Shown: one piece after another, positions 23,420 through 33,744 of the stretch
How the letters are laid out: each line of letters begins with the position of its first letter
Numbering within the stretch: the stretch's first letter is position 1
From: a virus
Virus record (IMG/VR): IMGVR_UViG_3300042269_000036
DNA: 43,647 nt
Direction: 5' to 3' (one strand)
The notes under the pieces: generated by a model
What the model was told of the DNA's origin: nothing
The model's input: the letters and a program-made list of their open reading frames with translations, nothing else
Database searches by the model: none
Position numbers and translations under genes: made by a program

Positions 23420-25530
23420 ACCTCATAGTTGACCACCAAGGCGTTTATCGTGACGGGCAACGGCATATCACGCCGCAAATAAACGCGCTTGTCACTGCTA
23501 TAAGCCCCCTCAATAAAGATGGACTTTTCCCCGCTGAACGGCTCAGGGGCTTCGCCAAACGTTATGTTTTCGTTGAAAATGATTTCGTCAAGGTTGTTGT
23601 AGTCAGGGCCAGCCTTAAGGCCGTAAGAGTCTGACAGCCTAACGGCCACATATGGAAGAGATTTTACGCGTCCAATGCTTGCGCCATCGTTCAACGGTTC
23701 TTCAATGGGCAGAGTTTCCAAGTCAGACACATAATGCAGCCCAACAGCCACCTTGCTGGCGGCATAGTCAAGCTCTATCTGCCCGCTAGATACCGTTTTG
23801 TTGGATACGATGATGCCATCGGCCAACACGTCAACGTCTTCGCCTTCCAAATGGTCAAGACCCGTAATGGTTGTCGTGGCAACGCCATCATATAGCACGC
23901 CACAATCGACAAGGTAAGCATCTGCAAGGTCGTCAGAGTTGAACTCATCGGCCATGTATTCGACATACTTTACAGTGCTGCCGTCAATGGTGCGCTCAAC
24001 GATGAAATACGGGATATCCCTATCTCCTCCGTTGACACAGGTAACGCTCTTCACGCTCCCTCCGGTCGTGTGCCGGTGCCACCCGACAACCTTGTCGTCC
24101 CGCTTGTAGGTCAATGCCATCAGGGTTCCGTCAGAACGCACGCACCACACGATGGAGCTTGACCGCTGGATATCAATATCAACAATGGTATTGCTGCGAA
24201 GCAAGTGCTCTGCAAGAAGCGTCAGGTCCGGAGAACGGTAAGAGTCGTCGTCGTACAAATAGGCGAATTCATGCAGGGCTTTACCGTCTCGCGCCACGAA
24301 CAACACGGCATTGCCAACCTGTAAAGCCTGGATGTTCGCCCCGCCAACCGTGGTGTGCCGCCTCGCAAGGATCGCAGACGGCGTAATAGGCTCGTCCTGC
24401 CCCCCGCCGTTCATGAGCCATTCGCCGCCCGTGGTGCCGACGGCAAGCCCACCGCGAGCCGTGGTGAGCCACTTGATTTGGTTGACCTCGTTGGAGAGCG
24501 TTTTAAACGAGCACGCGTCCGAGTCCGTCACTTCGGCCTGCACCCTGAAGCTTGACAGGGCATCGGTTTCTGACAAATCGATATCGCTGCCGTTAGCTAC
24601 CACAAGACGCGCTTCGTGTAACGCGCCAACTGCGGGATATCCGGTCGTGTCGCTGTATTTACCGAGTTTCCATTGTGTGGTTGCCGAGGTCGGGAAGCTA
24701 CCAACCACAACCGTCACAGTGCAGTGCGTTGAGTCGACAACAGCGGTTATCTCGCCCCACTTCCATGCAGCCGAATTGTAAATGCGTACCAGCCGCCCGA
24801 CGTCGGTCGGCAAAAACCCCTGCCCGTCATTGATGCCGTCTGTGGAACTAGCCGTTACCGTGACGCTGCCAGTCCCAGCGGATGCGACTAAGGTTGTCGT
24901 GGTGCTGTTTAATGGTAAATACGGACCGTCAAGAAAGACCTCGTTGACAAACAACCATTCGGCCTCTCCGTACCGCTCCAACCTTTTGGTTGGATAGTCG
25001 GGGTGAAAGAACCACATAACGTCTGCGCTTTGCGTAATATGCAGATCGAACAGTTCGTCTTCCTGGTACGGGGTTGGGATTTCAAACACATCGCCGCTAA
25101 GCGGATACCACCAATCGGTTTCCGTTGAAGGGTTGTAGTTCAGGTTCGCGTCAGACAGCGAGTAATAATTAACGCCGCTATAAGATACCAAGGCTCCATG
25201 AGCATACGTGGTACCGCTATCCCATGCGTCCAAAGTCCCAACGGTCAACAGTGATCCGTCACGGCCAAGCCTGATATATTCCGGTCCAATTTCCAGAACA
25301 TAGGAAATATCAGCAGAATACTCGAACGGCAAAAGCCGCTGTACTTTCGTAGCATCCTTTACGGGCCACCCGTAAAACGTTCCCGGTCTTGTCGTTGCCC
25401 CGCCGTGCGGATGAAGGATGAAGTTTTCAAGACGGGCGAGAGAGTTCTTGTATTGCGGAAGGTCCACGCGCCCGAATAGTCGTTCGGAGATTTCCCCGCC
25501 TGTGAAGGATGTTTGCCAACGCCAGATCAT
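23407..25530 (-). CDS. Tail tubular protein B / nozzle (707 aa)
   Basis: Size and position; N-terminal WQTSFTGGEISERLFGRVDLPQYKNSLARLENFILHPHGGATTRPG. Confidence 0.65.
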   Translation of the reverse strand: MIWRWQTSFTGGEISERLFGRVDLPQYKNSLARLENFILHPHGGATTRPGTFYGWPVKDATKVQRLLPFEYSADISYVLEIGPEYIRLGRDGSLLTVGTLDAWDSGTTYAHGALVSYSGVNYYSLSDANLNYNPSTETDWWYPLSGDVFEIPTPYQEDELFDLHITQSADVMWFFHPDYPTKRLERYGEAEWLFVNEVFLDGPYLPLNSTTTTLVASAGTGSVTVTASSTDGINDGQGFLPTDVGRLVRIYNSAAWKWGEITAVVDSTHCTVTVVVGSFPTSATTQWKLGKYSDTTGYPAVGALHEARLVVANGSDIDLSETDALSSFRVQAEVTDSDACSFKTLSNEVNQIKWLTTARGGLAVGTTGGEWLMNGGGQDEPITPSAILARRHTTVGGANIQALQVGNAVLFVARDGKALHEFAYLYDDDSYRSPDLTLLAEHLLRSNTIVDIDIQRSSSIVWCVRSDGTLMALTYKRDDKVVGWHRHTTGGSVKSVTCVNGGDRDIPYFIVERTIDGSTVKYVEYMADEFNSDDLADAYLVDCGVLYDGVATTTITGLDHLEGEDVDVLADGIIVSNKTVSSGQIELDYAASKVAVGLHYVSDLETLPIEEPLNDGASIGRVKSLPYVAVRLSDSYGLKAGPDYNNLDEIIFNENITFGEAPEPFSGEKSIFIEGAYSSDKRVYLRRDMPLPVTINALVVNYEVWQR

Positions 25531-26138
25531 GTTCTCTCGCTAACGTAGGAGGTTGATTGGTACGGTTCTGTTCGGTCGGTTTGCGCGTTCAGGGTCTTCA
25601 TCCGCGCCATGCGGGCATCGTACACGCCTCTAAGAGCGTCAGCCATTTTGTAGCTTTTGGCGACGATCATAGCGAGGTCAACAGACATCCTTGCGGCGAA
25701 GGCCTGCACAAACGATGGTGAAAACTTCGATGGGTCCTCGACACTGGCAATATAGAGGATTTTTACCTCTTCCTCGTCTGTCAAAAGCTTTTCGCCCTCA
25801 ACCTCCCACGTTTTCCCAAATGTCGCCACCTGAACACTCTGCGCTGTCGATTGGTCGAGCATGGCATATTCGTCGTCCTGCATTTCGAGCACTCGCAGGC
25901 AATCGGACGGCAAAGCGTAGGCATACAGGTAGCCGTATCCCGGGGTTTCATCAAGCCGCGCCAAAATCGCCCTGCGCTTGCAGAACGTCCAAGCGTGCGC
26001 CTCCTGAACCTCGTCTCGCAACAGGCTATATATGGCCTTACACGCTCTTCCTTCTGCGCTGGCATCATCCATGGTTGCAATTCTGCCGCCGCCCATCATG
26101 CCTAATGCTAGATTGCAAATTTGTACGTCACTGGCCAT
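25527..26138 (-). CDS. Tail tubular protein A / adaptor (203 aa)
   Basis: ICNLALGMMGGGRIATMDDASAEGRACKAIY...HAWTFCKRRAILA...YALPSDCLRV. Confidence 0.65.
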   Translation of the reverse strand: MASDVQICNLALGMMGGGRIATMDDASAEGRACKAIYSLLRDEVQEAHAWTFCKRRAILARLDETPGYGYLYAYALPSDCLRVLEMQDDEYAMLDQSTAQSVQVATFGKTWEVEGEKLLTDEEEVKILYIASVEDPSKFSPSFVQAFAARMSVDLAMIVAKSYKMADALRGVYDARMARMKTLNAQTDRTEPYQSTSYVSERT

Positions 26139-26146
26139 GTATCACC

Positions 26147-26171
26147 GAAAAGGGGAGGCCGAAGCCTCCCC
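26147..26171 (-). terminator. Intrinsic terminator after the capsid gene block
   Basis: GGGGAGGC-UUCG-GCCUCCCC followed by UUUU on the minus strand. Confidence 0.65.
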
Positions 26172-26179
26172 ATTGTGGG

Positions 26180-26362
26180 TTAACGGATGCCGTCACCAAG
26201 GTCTGTCAGGGTTTCCGGCTGTTTGTCTGGCTTATTTTCCTTCTTCTTGGTTTTGGCGGGTTCGCAACATGCGGGGCACTTCTTGCCGAGGATGTCGAAC
26301 TCTTCTCCCGGCCTGCGACGCGCCCCGCCGATAAAGCACATTACCTTAGCTCTTACGCGCAT
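26180..26362 (-). CDS. Hypothetical basic protein (60 aa)
   Basis: ORF between the cement-like gene and the terminator; CPACC. Confidence 0.45.
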   Translation of the reverse strand: MRVRAKVMCFIGGARRRPGEEFDILGKKCPACCEPAKTKKKENKPDKQPETLTDLGDGIR

Positions 26363-26372
26363 ATGTCACCCC

Positions 26373-26822
26373 TTACAGAGCGTCAGGATAGGCGACGTTG
26401 TACGGCACGTCACTGGTCAGGAAAGCATTGACCTTGCCAGCTGTAACGGCTTCAACCGCAGTGGTCTGCAAAACGCCGAGATACCGCTCGTAAGTGCCTT
26501 GAGGAAGTTTCACGGCGCATACCTGATACCCTTCGACCAAAGTGGCCTGCGCAATGGCTGAGGTGCTGAAATGGTACGTTGCGCTGCCGTCTGTGGCAAT
26601 AGCGGCCTGGGCGTCGGAACACAGATGGAACTGCACGGTAACGCCATCGCCAGCGGAATCGACATCGGTGTCAACCTCGATGACAAGATACAGGTCTTCC
26701 CCAACGCCGGGGTTGCCAGGGACAGCGGTCATGTCAATGACATCGCCGATCAGATACGAGCCAGCCGCCCCCGTATTGAGGGCGGTGGCATCGCAAAATT
26801 CGTTGCGTTCGTCGAGAATCAT
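26373..26822 (-). CDS. Capsid cement/decoration-like protein (149 aa)
   Basis: Immediately after the major capsid gene. Beta-rich, with GDVIDMT...GEDLYLVIEVDT pattern as recalled for BPP-1-type cement proteins. Confidence 0.45.
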   Translation of the reverse strand: MILDERNEFCDATALNTGAAGSYLIGDVIDMTAVPGNPGVGEDLYLVIEVDTDVDSAGDGVTVQFHLCSDAQAAIATDGSATYHFSTSAIAQATLVEGYQVCAVKLPQGTYERYLGVLQTTAVEAVTAGKVNAFLTSDVPYNVAYPDAL

Positions 26823-26837
26823 ATTTGCTCCTTTATC

Positions 26838-27836
26838 TTAAATGCCGGATTCGGTGTTCAGAATGGCGTCACAGCGTCGTACCGGGATGCCGTCGAACAT
26901 GGTGACATGCTTGCCTGCTACCTGCTCCATGGTCAGCGTAGACGATGCCACTTTGTTCATGATCTGACGCCGCAGGAAACTTTTGACGGTGCGATTACAG
27001 TAGAAGGCAGGACGGCCCATGGACAGCGAGGGGATAATTTCCACAGCCTGGGTCATCAGGTCGATGAGGTCGGGGCCGGAAGAGGCGTTTTTAACCAGGT
27101 CTTCCTGGTCAATGCTGATACGGCACACATACCGCCAGTCCCGCACAGTCAAGCCGCAGTCCCAACGGTAATGGCTGCGGTAGGCTTCCATGCGCCCCCC
27201 GCTGCCGTCAACGTCCTCGATGGTAACCTGCCCCTTGTCCTCATGTTGCAGACCTGCCTTGGAGCCTTTGGGATAAATGCCGTGTACGGTGTTCGGGCCC
27301 CAAACGACAAGCCAGATAGAAGTGTTATCGGAGCCGTCAGGGGTGGCGGCAGAGGTCAGGATGTTGTCGCCGTTTTGTGCGCTCTGATCGTTGAACCGCG
27401 GGGAGAAGCCCGTAAAGGCTTCGGGTTCGGTGGACTCATTGCCGTAAAAGAGGGTGGAAGAAAACTCGTTATTCATCCCCTCGATGTGGGCGCGGTCCTC
27501 AGACAGCCGGAATGATGCGGTGTTCCCGTTCAGATCGGCAAGAGCCTTGTCAACTTCGGCATAAGCTTCGAGCATACCGCAGGTGTCGGTAATCTGCGCG
27601 GTGGTCGATTTTGTCGGCTGCACGCCACCGTACAGCTTACGCCAGGTCGGAGTCGGAAGACCGGTGCGGATGGTGGTCCGATGGCCGGTTGGGAGGTTGC
27701 CTTCAAGCCAGACCATATCCTGCAAAATTTCGTTGGTCTGGTTCAACATTTCGGCAATAGTGTCAATTTTGCCGTTGGGGTCCAGCCGCTTGGTTATGTC
27801 AAGCAGCGTCGGGTGAGTAGTTGCAAGTGTGCTCAT
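26838..27836 (-). CDS. Major capsid protein (332 aa)
   Basis: Follows the scaffold gene. MSTLATTHPTLLDITKRLDPNGKIDTIAEMLNQTNEILQDMVWLEGN is the N-terminus of the BPP-1/epsilon15-type capsid family (from memory). Confidence 0.75.
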   Translation of the reverse strand: MSTLATTHPTLLDITKRLDPNGKIDTIAEMLNQTNEILQDMVWLEGNLPTGHRTTIRTGLPTPTWRKLYGGVQPTKSTTAQITDTCGMLEAYAEVDKALADLNGNTASFRLSEDRAHIEGMNNEFSSTLFYGNESTEPEAFTGFSPRFNDQSAQNGDNILTSAATPDGSDNTSIWLVVWGPNTVHGIYPKGSKAGLQHEDKGQVTIEDVDGSGGRMEAYRSHYRWDCGLTVRDWRYVCRISIDQEDLVKNASSGPDLIDLMTQAVEIIPSLSMGRPAFYCNRTVKSFLRRQIMNKVASSTLTMEQVAGKHVTMFDGIPVRRCDAILNTESGI

Positions 27837-27910
27837 GTTTTACCTTTCTCTCTGCCATCACGACAGTGAATATATGTGCGGCCCTGTCTCTCGACGGTCC
27901 ATGTTCGTTA

Positions 27911-28537
27911 TCAGTTCATGTCCGGATACAAAATGTGTTCTGGGGTCTTCTCGCCCCCGCCGACGCCTCCCTGCGGACTGTCCTCAGAGAGCTTCTCGCC
28001 GATTTTTGACAATAGCTTGACCAAAACGGGAGAATTCCCCATGCCAGACTCATCAAGCCACTTACCAACTTCCTCATCCGCAAAAGTTTTCAACGTCTGG
28101 TTGGCAAGCCGCAGGGCCTCATCGTACTTCTCTTTGCCCATCTCCGACGCCATCTGCTTGAGCCCTTCTTGCATCTGTGCATCGGCTTGTTCCCGCAATT
28201 TCTCCGTCAGGTTGCCCATCCGCTCCACGTCGAACTTAACGAGCGCATTCACCTGTTCTTGGGTCAATCCGGCCTCTTTCGCAACGGGCGCGAAGGCTTC
28301 AAAAGTGGTGCTATCAATTTCCACACCTTCGGGGGCCGTGTATTCCTCCGGGGCTTGCGGGCCTTTCAAGGCGTCCTGCAATGCCTCAAACGAGTCGTAG
28401 CCCTTCATCGACTCGCGGTATTCTTCCGGCAATGCGTCTGCCCAATGACTTTGGTTTTCGCCTCCCTGCTCTTGGCTAACCTCTGTCGCTTCCGTTCCCT
28501 GGTCGGTTCCGGTGTCAAGTGCTGATTCTTCGCTCAT
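27911..28537 (-). CDS. Scaffolding protein (208 aa)
   Basis: Acidic, helical, located between portal and capsid genes. Confidence 0.55.
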   Translation of the reverse strand: MSEESALDTGTDQGTEATEVSQEQGGENQSHWADALPEEYRESMKGYDSFEALQDALKGPQAPEEYTAPEGVEIDSTTFEAFAPVAKEAGLTQEQVNALVKFDVERMGNLTEKLREQADAQMQEGLKQMASEMGKEKYDEALRLANQTLKTFADEEVGKWLDESGMGNSPVLVKLLSKIGEKLSEDSPQGGVGGGEKTPEHILYPDMN

Positions 28538-28806
28538 TAGTCCTCCATGGATATCTGTGTCAATTCAAGGCCGCGTTGCTCCAACTCAAGCAAGCCTTGA
28601 TAGCTTCGTTTGTCCAGTGCGTTGAGGATCTTCAACCCGATAGCGCGCATCCCCTCATTGTAAAACGTCTGGCTGTTGCCGGTCATGCTCGGCTCAAATA
28701 CGCCGCACTCACGAAGCAGGTCTTCAAGTACTCTTTGCCCGTGCGGTGTGGCAAGAAATGTGCGTCGGTAATCCTCACGCATCCTGCGGATGGCGTCCTT
28801 ATCCAT
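28537..28806 (-). CDS. Head-module hypothetical protein (89 aa)
   Basis: Coupled ORF; TPHGQRVLEDLLRECGVF...TFYNEGMRAIGLKILN. Confidence 0.55.
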   Translation of the reverse strand: MDKDAIRRMREDYRRTFLATPHGQRVLEDLLRECGVFEPSMTGNSQTFYNEGMRAIGLKILNALDKRSYQGLLELEQRGLELTQISMED

Positions 28807-29045
28807 CAGTAAAGTGCCACAATATCAGTCGCGGTTGTGCCTGTTGACCACACTCGCGTTACTTCCATGCTGATATACCCATCGGTTGCAGGCCAAACAA
28901 AGGTGTCGCCCAAGATCGTGGTAATCTTTACCGTCCCGTAACCTCCTACCCATAGCGATCTTGCAGGCCTAGGAAGGTCGGTGTCGTCGGCAGGTGTTAC
29001 GAGGAAGCCGCCTGCCCCTGCGGATATCGAGCCATTCGGTTGCAT
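28806..29045 (-). CDS. Head-module hypothetical protein (79 aa)
   Basis: Coupled ORF directly after the portal gene. Confidence 0.55.
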   Translation of the reverse strand: MQPNGSISAGAGGFLVTPADDTDLPRPARSLWVGGYGTVKITTILGDTFVWPATDGYISMEVTRVWSTGTTATDIVALY

Positions 29046-29054
29046 GTCTTCTCC

Positions 29055-30719
29055 TTATACTGCTGGCAATTTGTCCAACAGACCGTTTAATGCCGTGTCT
29101 TCTCCGGTAGGGGTTTGCCCTAAATCCTTCGCCGCTTTTGCCGCCTGTGACGCCTGCTCCATCATCATTTGTTGAGCCTGCGCTTGCTTGCGTTGCTGCC
29201 GCATCTCTGCCGCTTCGTCGTCGCTCCGTAGCATCTTCGGGTCAGCCCCAGCAAGGTCGGCGTATTCTTCCAGCATGGCATCAAAATTAACGCGGTCGAG
29301 AACTTCCGGATTGAAATTCGCAAGGTTCCCGGCAAACATGGCCGTCCTCTCTATCGCTTGCGTTCCGACTGCTTTCTGCGCCTGGGCGAGCAAAGACGTG
29401 TATTCAACCTTGATTTCCTGCCCCTGTATCTCCCTCGGAGGCTCCGGCAGGCGGCCGTTACGCATTAAAATATCGAACACGCGGTCTACCAGAGGTGAAA
29501 GGAACTCGCTGTTCTGCCGCTCTAGGACAGGCCCGAGAATGGCGAGCTTTTCTTCATGCCTTCGCGCCACCTCCGTGGCTGTCATGTTTTTGTCTTCGAG
29601 GATCATCAGGAACAGATCGTTGAAAAATCCCTGCCTTATCCTGTTTTCTACCTCGCGTATTTCGGAAGCGACCGCGCCAATGTCCGGCGTAATCTGCACG
29701 GTCGACCGTATAATTTCGTTTTCCTTGGCGTTGACATAGTTCTGCGCATTTGGGAGCAGCGACAGCCTGCCTTTAAAGCTCGATGGTATGTTCATCGGTG
29801 GGTTGACAACCTTGTCAATCGACGCGAGCTTGTCACGCTCCAACTTCTGCAGCATCTTTATATCGCCCAACATCTCCATGCCGGGGCAATTAGAGCCGTA
29901 AGCGTCTTCTCCCACCACCTCCCAACGCGGGAACATGGCAGGCTGGGTATTGAACCCGCTCTCTTTTAGAAACGAGTCCTCCGGAGCCCCGTCCTCCCAA
30001 TAGACCGAGGCCCAAGGCATGTTGTCAGACCCGGCTTTGTTGGGGTCGTAGTCCTTGCGCGGAAAGACGGCGTTAATTACTCGCACCTGCGCGTCTGGAT
30101 TCTTTTCTGCAAGGTTGCGCGTATGCGGAGAGCAGTTGTTAAGCCCGAACTGTTCCGCTACCGTCCTTGCGGTCATCCAGTACCACCTGAAGCCCGTGTC
30201 AACACTCCCTGCATGGTCTGTGGCCAGCGTGTAGCTGCCGACCGTCCAAGGTACACAGCGGATCATCTTCTTAGGATCTTCGTAGACGGCAAAAGGTCCG
30301 GTGCCGAACACTACCTGCTCTAAAAACGGCGTATGCACGGCACTGTAGAAGTTTGACCGCGTAAACACCCCGTACATCACCTGCTGAACATCGTGGAGCC
30401 ACAACTTGGCGGGCTCCCAATCGTTCATATCCTCGTCCCACAGGCTCAGCTTCAGCCACGGGAGTGAGTGCGGTACCAATCCACCTTTGAGACCTGAAAC
30501 GGCAATCGATACGGCGCGTGAGGCGGTACCGTTAATGATTTTGCTGTGCTTGTACTTGTCGCCCTTGCCTGCCTGCGTGTGCTTATCGACAAACCGCCCA
30601 TGGCGCGGCAGGATGAAGTCTGCAAGGTCTTTCCAGTGCGAATGCCAATCGGCGTCATCGCTGTCGCGTTTGAGCTTGTACCGCCGCTTAAGCCGGCGTA
30701 GTTTCTCGCTTGTAATCAT
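29055..30719 (-). CDS. Portal (head-to-tail connector, T7 type) (554 aa)
   Basis: Size and position after terminase; DWHSHWKDLADFILPRHGRF N-terminal block. Confidence 0.8.
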   Translation of the reverse strand: MITSEKLRRLKRRYKLKRDSDDADWHSHWKDLADFILPRHGRFVDKHTQAGKGDKYKHSKIINGTASRAVSIAVSGLKGGLVPHSLPWLKLSLWDEDMNDWEPAKLWLHDVQQVMYGVFTRSNFYSAVHTPFLEQVVFGTGPFAVYEDPKKMIRCVPWTVGSYTLATDHAGSVDTGFRWYWMTARTVAEQFGLNNCSPHTRNLAEKNPDAQVRVINAVFPRKDYDPNKAGSDNMPWASVYWEDGAPEDSFLKESGFNTQPAMFPRWEVVGEDAYGSNCPGMEMLGDIKMLQKLERDKLASIDKVVNPPMNIPSSFKGRLSLLPNAQNYVNAKENEIIRSTVQITPDIGAVASEIREVENRIRQGFFNDLFLMILEDKNMTATEVARRHEEKLAILGPVLERQNSEFLSPLVDRVFDILMRNGRLPEPPREIQGQEIKVEYTSLLAQAQKAVGTQAIERTAMFAGNLANFNPEVLDRVNFDAMLEEYADLAGADPKMLRSDDEAAEMRQQRKQAQAQQMMMEQASQAAKAAKDLGQTPTGEDTALNGLLDKLPAV

Positions 30720-31168
30720 CCGGCCTCCAACGCCTTCGAATTGCGCTTGCGTCGCGTGTATTCCATTTCCGTGGCCATTCTGCTGCGTGCGTTGCCTGTC
30801 GCCTGTTTGTAAACCCCATCGGCCGTCTCGCGGTCTCCGGTTGCAGGCACATGGGTTTTCAGACCGTCAAGCGCCGCCTTTTTTTGCTGCCCCTTGCTCT
30901 CTTTATATGGCTTCAGTGTGCCATCCGAGAGGTCAACAAACAGCTTCTTGGACCCCCACAGAGGAAAAGGTGTTTTGTTGGACGGCGTCTCTTCCGAGGT
31001 CTGTGCAGGGGTCTCCTTGCGGTTCTTGCCGTAAAGCTGCGTGCTGCCCATACCGAGAGCGGCGGTCTTCGCTTCATACGCCTGAGACAACGCCAGTGCT
31101 TTGCGCTTCGCTTTCTTCTCTTCCAATTCAGGATCGGATTGTTCCGGTGTGTCTGGCGATCCGCCCAT
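30716..31168 (-). CDS. Hypothetical basic protein between terminase and portal (150 aa)
   Basis: Coupled ORF. Confidence 0.55.
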   Translation of the reverse strand: MGGSPDTPEQSDPELEEKKAKRKALALSQAYEAKTAALGMGSTQLYGKNRKETPAQTSEETPSNKTPFPLWGSKKLFVDLSDGTLKPYKESKGQQKKAALDGLKTHVPATGDRETADGVYKQATGNARSRMATEMEYTRRKRNSKALEAG

Positions 31169-31176
31169 GGTTCCTC

Positions 31177-32727
31177 CTATAGGTTTTCGAACGGGTCGTA
31201 TGCTTCCTGCCCCCTGTTTAACTCATCGTAAAAACCGCCCCTTACGTCAGGGTCCGGGAATTCCGCGCCTAGATCCGGGTCAACTATGCGTGCGATGTTG
31301 TCGAGCATGTCATCATGGATGCAGACCGGGAAACATATGTATTCCTCGTCGACGAAGAGCTTTACATAGTCAGCCATCTTCCCATCGTGCAACATAAACG
31401 GCAGGTGGTGCGGCATCCAAAACCGACCGTTTTCAAATATCGGGATCAGCTTGCGGATGCGGTCGAACTTAGGCATCGGGCCGCCAAGCGGCGTTATGTC
31501 GAAGTGGTAGGTCTCTTGATGCTGCTTATCCTCAATATGCTCGATGTCCGAGTCCTTGCCGTATTTCTCGTAGCCAACAGCCAGCGGGCGATACTTTTTG
31601 TGAAACTCGAACAGCTTCTTAGTTCGCTCCGTCAAATTAAGGCGGTCGCGTATGCCGTCAATGAGATAATAATTCCTGTCCGGGCCAAGCCCAATCACCA
31701 CCATTGAGGTGTAGTCGGAGCCTTTCTTTTTTTCTCCTGCTGGGTCTACCAAAATGTAGCGGTTAAATAAGTCGCTATCGATTGACGGATAGAACCGCAA
31801 CCAATCCAGTTGAAACCCTTGCGCTTCGTCGGCTGTTGGATTTTGCAGCATTTGACACCCGAAAACATACGGCCCCATGTCCCGCCTCTTGTCACTCAAG
31901 GAATCTGCAGACAAAAAAACCGGCTTGCCGTCTGGCTTGCCGGTATCTGTTGCCGGATAGATGCGTGGTGTTACCGCCTCGCGCTCCATCATTGTTCTGT
32001 ATGTGTCGTTAAAGTGGTACCGCGTACCTATGTGCCTCCGCTTGCCTCCGTGCGCCCCCAGGTTGAGCGACACAGCCCATCGCTCTGTGACCTTGGCAAT
32101 CATTTCTGGAGTGGTTACGGACTCAAGAGTTACAACGTCATCATAGATGAGCAAATTAAAGTGCTTCGATGTCGGCTGCCCGTCTACAAGACCCCAAGCT
32201 TCGACAGTGGCCTCTTTCGGGTTGCCTTTCCGCTTTACAATGATGCCGCTGTCTAGGGACCATTTAGGGGCTTCGCGGCGCGGGTTTTCCCATAATACGT
32301 CTTTGTAAATCTCTTTCAGGAGGTCGTTGCTCTCGAACTCCTGCATAATCTGCGCTAAGAATGCCTTAGCAATGGGCCTCGTACAGGAAAAGATACCCGC
32401 CGTTACTTCCTGGTCCCAATGAAACGAATCCTCGCTGTGCGAATCCAGAATATCCTGTATGGTTCGGCCGAAAGTTATCAGCGTTGACTTGTAGTGCTCA
32501 CGCGCCCACAGGTCTAAATAGCCATCAGGGCATTGCTGCACCTCAATGCAACGCTCAAACAGCCAGTCTCTGTCAATGTCCCTTCTGTGCAGCAACTTGG
32601 TGAGCAGGAAGAAAAGGTCTCGCCTGCCAAGCTCGTTCATTGTTCGGATAACGCAATTATCTTTTTCTGCGTCGTTTAGGATGTCCGCGTAAAACTCATT
32701 CGCTTGTTTTCTGCTCGTAAATTTCAC
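31177..32727 (-). CDS. terL: Terminase large subunit (516 aa)
   Basis: WAREHYKST (Walker A variant), LLIYDDVVT (Walker B), ILVDPAG...MVVIG nuclease block. The GTG start at 32727 has a weak RBS; ATG 32640 is an alternative. Confidence 0.85.
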   Translation of the reverse strand: MKFTSRKQANEFYADILNDAEKDNCVIRTMNELGRRDLFFLLTKLLHRRDIDRDWLFERCIEVQQCPDGYLDLWAREHYKSTLITFGRTIQDILDSHSEDSFHWDQEVTAGIFSCTRPIAKAFLAQIMQEFESNDLLKEIYKDVLWENPRREAPKWSLDSGIIVKRKGNPKEATVEAWGLVDGQPTSKHFNLLIYDDVVTLESVTTPEMIAKVTERWAVSLNLGAHGGKRRHIGTRYHFNDTYRTMMEREAVTPRIYPATDTGKPDGKPVFLSADSLSDKRRDMGPYVFGCQMLQNPTADEAQGFQLDWLRFYPSIDSDLFNRYILVDPAGEKKKGSDYTSMVVIGLGPDRNYYLIDGIRDRLNLTERTKKLFEFHKKYRPLAVGYEKYGKDSDIEHIEDKQHQETYHFDITPLGGPMPKFDRIRKLIPIFENGRFWMPHHLPFMLHDGKMADYVKLFVDEEYICFPVCIHDDMLDNIARIVDPDLGAEFPDPDVRGGFYDELNRGQEAYDPFENL

Positions 32728-33199
32728 GCATCTTTTCCGATACTGCCGGAGACATAGAGTGTTCTACTTCGATAGGCTTGCCATCTTTGCCGGAATGTTC
32801 GTGTTCCTGCTTATCCCTCAAACCAAGGTCGCGGGCGATGATGTTGGCGTTGAGCAGATCGGCCGCCGCGCCTTGAAACTTCTGGTTGTAAATAACCCTC
32901 TCGGCTCGCGTTGTGACTTCCGAAAAATCTTCTCTGTTGCGGTAATCATCCCAGGTGCTTGTCCCGATATCTAGGAACAGGCATAACCCGTCAATCGTCA
33001 TTGCTCGCATTTTATAAACCGTGTCGCGGGTCACGTTGCCTTGGAAGCAAAACAGCTTGTCTTCCATAAGCGGGTTTTCTTCTACCCATTGGAAATACTC
33101 GGCACAAGCGTCCCATAGTTCGTCCGGCGAAGAGAAAATAGGCTTTCTCCCATGGGAGCTACGCGCCTTCCAAAACTGATTTCCTTTAGGTGCTGCCAT
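32696..33199 (-). CDS. terS: Terminase small subunit (167 aa)
   Basis: [38 protein letters not shown] is the typical gp3-type packaging protein N-terminus. Confidence 0.7.
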   Translation of the reverse strand: MAAPKGNQFWKARSSHGRKPIFSSPDELWDACAEYFQWVEENPLMEDKLFCFQGNVTRDTVYKMRAMTIDGLCLFLDIGTSTWDDYRNREDFSEVTTRAERVIYNQKFQGAAADLLNANIIARDLGLRDKQEHEHSGKDGKPIEVEHSMSPAVSEKMREIYEQKTSE

Positions 33200-33202
33200 A
33201 AT

Positions 33203-33340
33203 TCAATTCTTTCTTGTCTTCCGCGCCATCTTGTTCCCGCACTCGCCGCCGCGACACATGCACCGTCGCCCTTTATCCATAAACCGTCCCGCTGTGCAGT
33301 ATGTGCGGCAGTAAGCGGGATCAATGTCGGATTGCTTCAA
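33203..33340 (-). CDS. Possible small basic Cys-rich protein (45 aa from TTG)
   Basis: CRTYC...CMCRGGEC. Start uncertain; the 71-aa track version would cross the plus-strand promoter. Confidence 0.3.
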   Translation of the reverse strand: MKQSDIDPAYCRTYCTAGRFMDKGRRCMCRGGECGNKMARKTRKN

Positions 33341-33369
33341 AATATTTTTCACTTTTTTTATTTTCCCTG

Positions 33370-33398
33370 TTGACACACCGAACGGTGTGCGGTATAGT
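33370..33398 (+). promoter_or_regulatory. Near-consensus promoter TTGACA-N17-TATAGT
   Basis: Read directly; 43 nt upstream of ATG 33441. Confidence 0.7.
33374..33389. promoter_or_regulatory. Perfect 7-bp inverted repeat in the promoter spacer (operator candidate)
   Basis: CACACCG-aa-CGGTGTG. Confidence 0.65.
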
Positions 33399-33440
33399 TT
33401 AATCACAGTGAGGGACAAACCAACTAATCAGGAGGAAATC

Positions 33441-33734
33441 ATGATCGAACTGACTATCAAACGACCCAACGGCGAAATCGAAAAAGTTGAAACAGAGTTC
33501 GGCGGTATGACTAAGGCAATGTTTGAAAAAATCCAGGAAGCCACTCTCAACGCAGGACGCGGTGAAGTCCTTAGCTGGGAACTCGTTGACACCCGCACCG
33601 AAGAAGAAAAACAAGCCCTCGCAAAACAAGACGCCATAGAAAGAATTAAATCTGAAATGGCCAAATGCCGCGACTATGACAATAAGCGCTATATCGCACT
33701 CCGCAGTGAACTTGAAACGCTTACCGGCAAATAA
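33441..33734 (+). CDS. Small acidic protein (97 aa), first gene of the plus-strand cassette
   Basis: ATG 33441 with AGGAGG RBS. MIELTIKRPNGEIEKVETEFGG..., rich in E/D. Confidence 0.7.
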   Translation: MIELTIKRPNGEIEKVETEFGGMTKAMFEKIQEATLNAGRGEVLSWELVDTRTEEEKQALAKQDAIERIKSEMAKCRDYDNKRYIALRSELETLTGK

Positions 33735-33744
33735 GGAGGTCGCT

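Noticed and set aside
26571-27515. Long plus-strand ORFs antisense to well-supported minus-strand genes (26571..27515, 10708..11409, 25691..26431, 30406..31182, 12555..13199, 4950..5471, 7327..7611)
   Set aside because: They have no RBS or promoter and their composition is Arg/Pro/Gly-rich, typical of antisense frames of GC-rich coding DNA. The sense genes carry clear family motifs.
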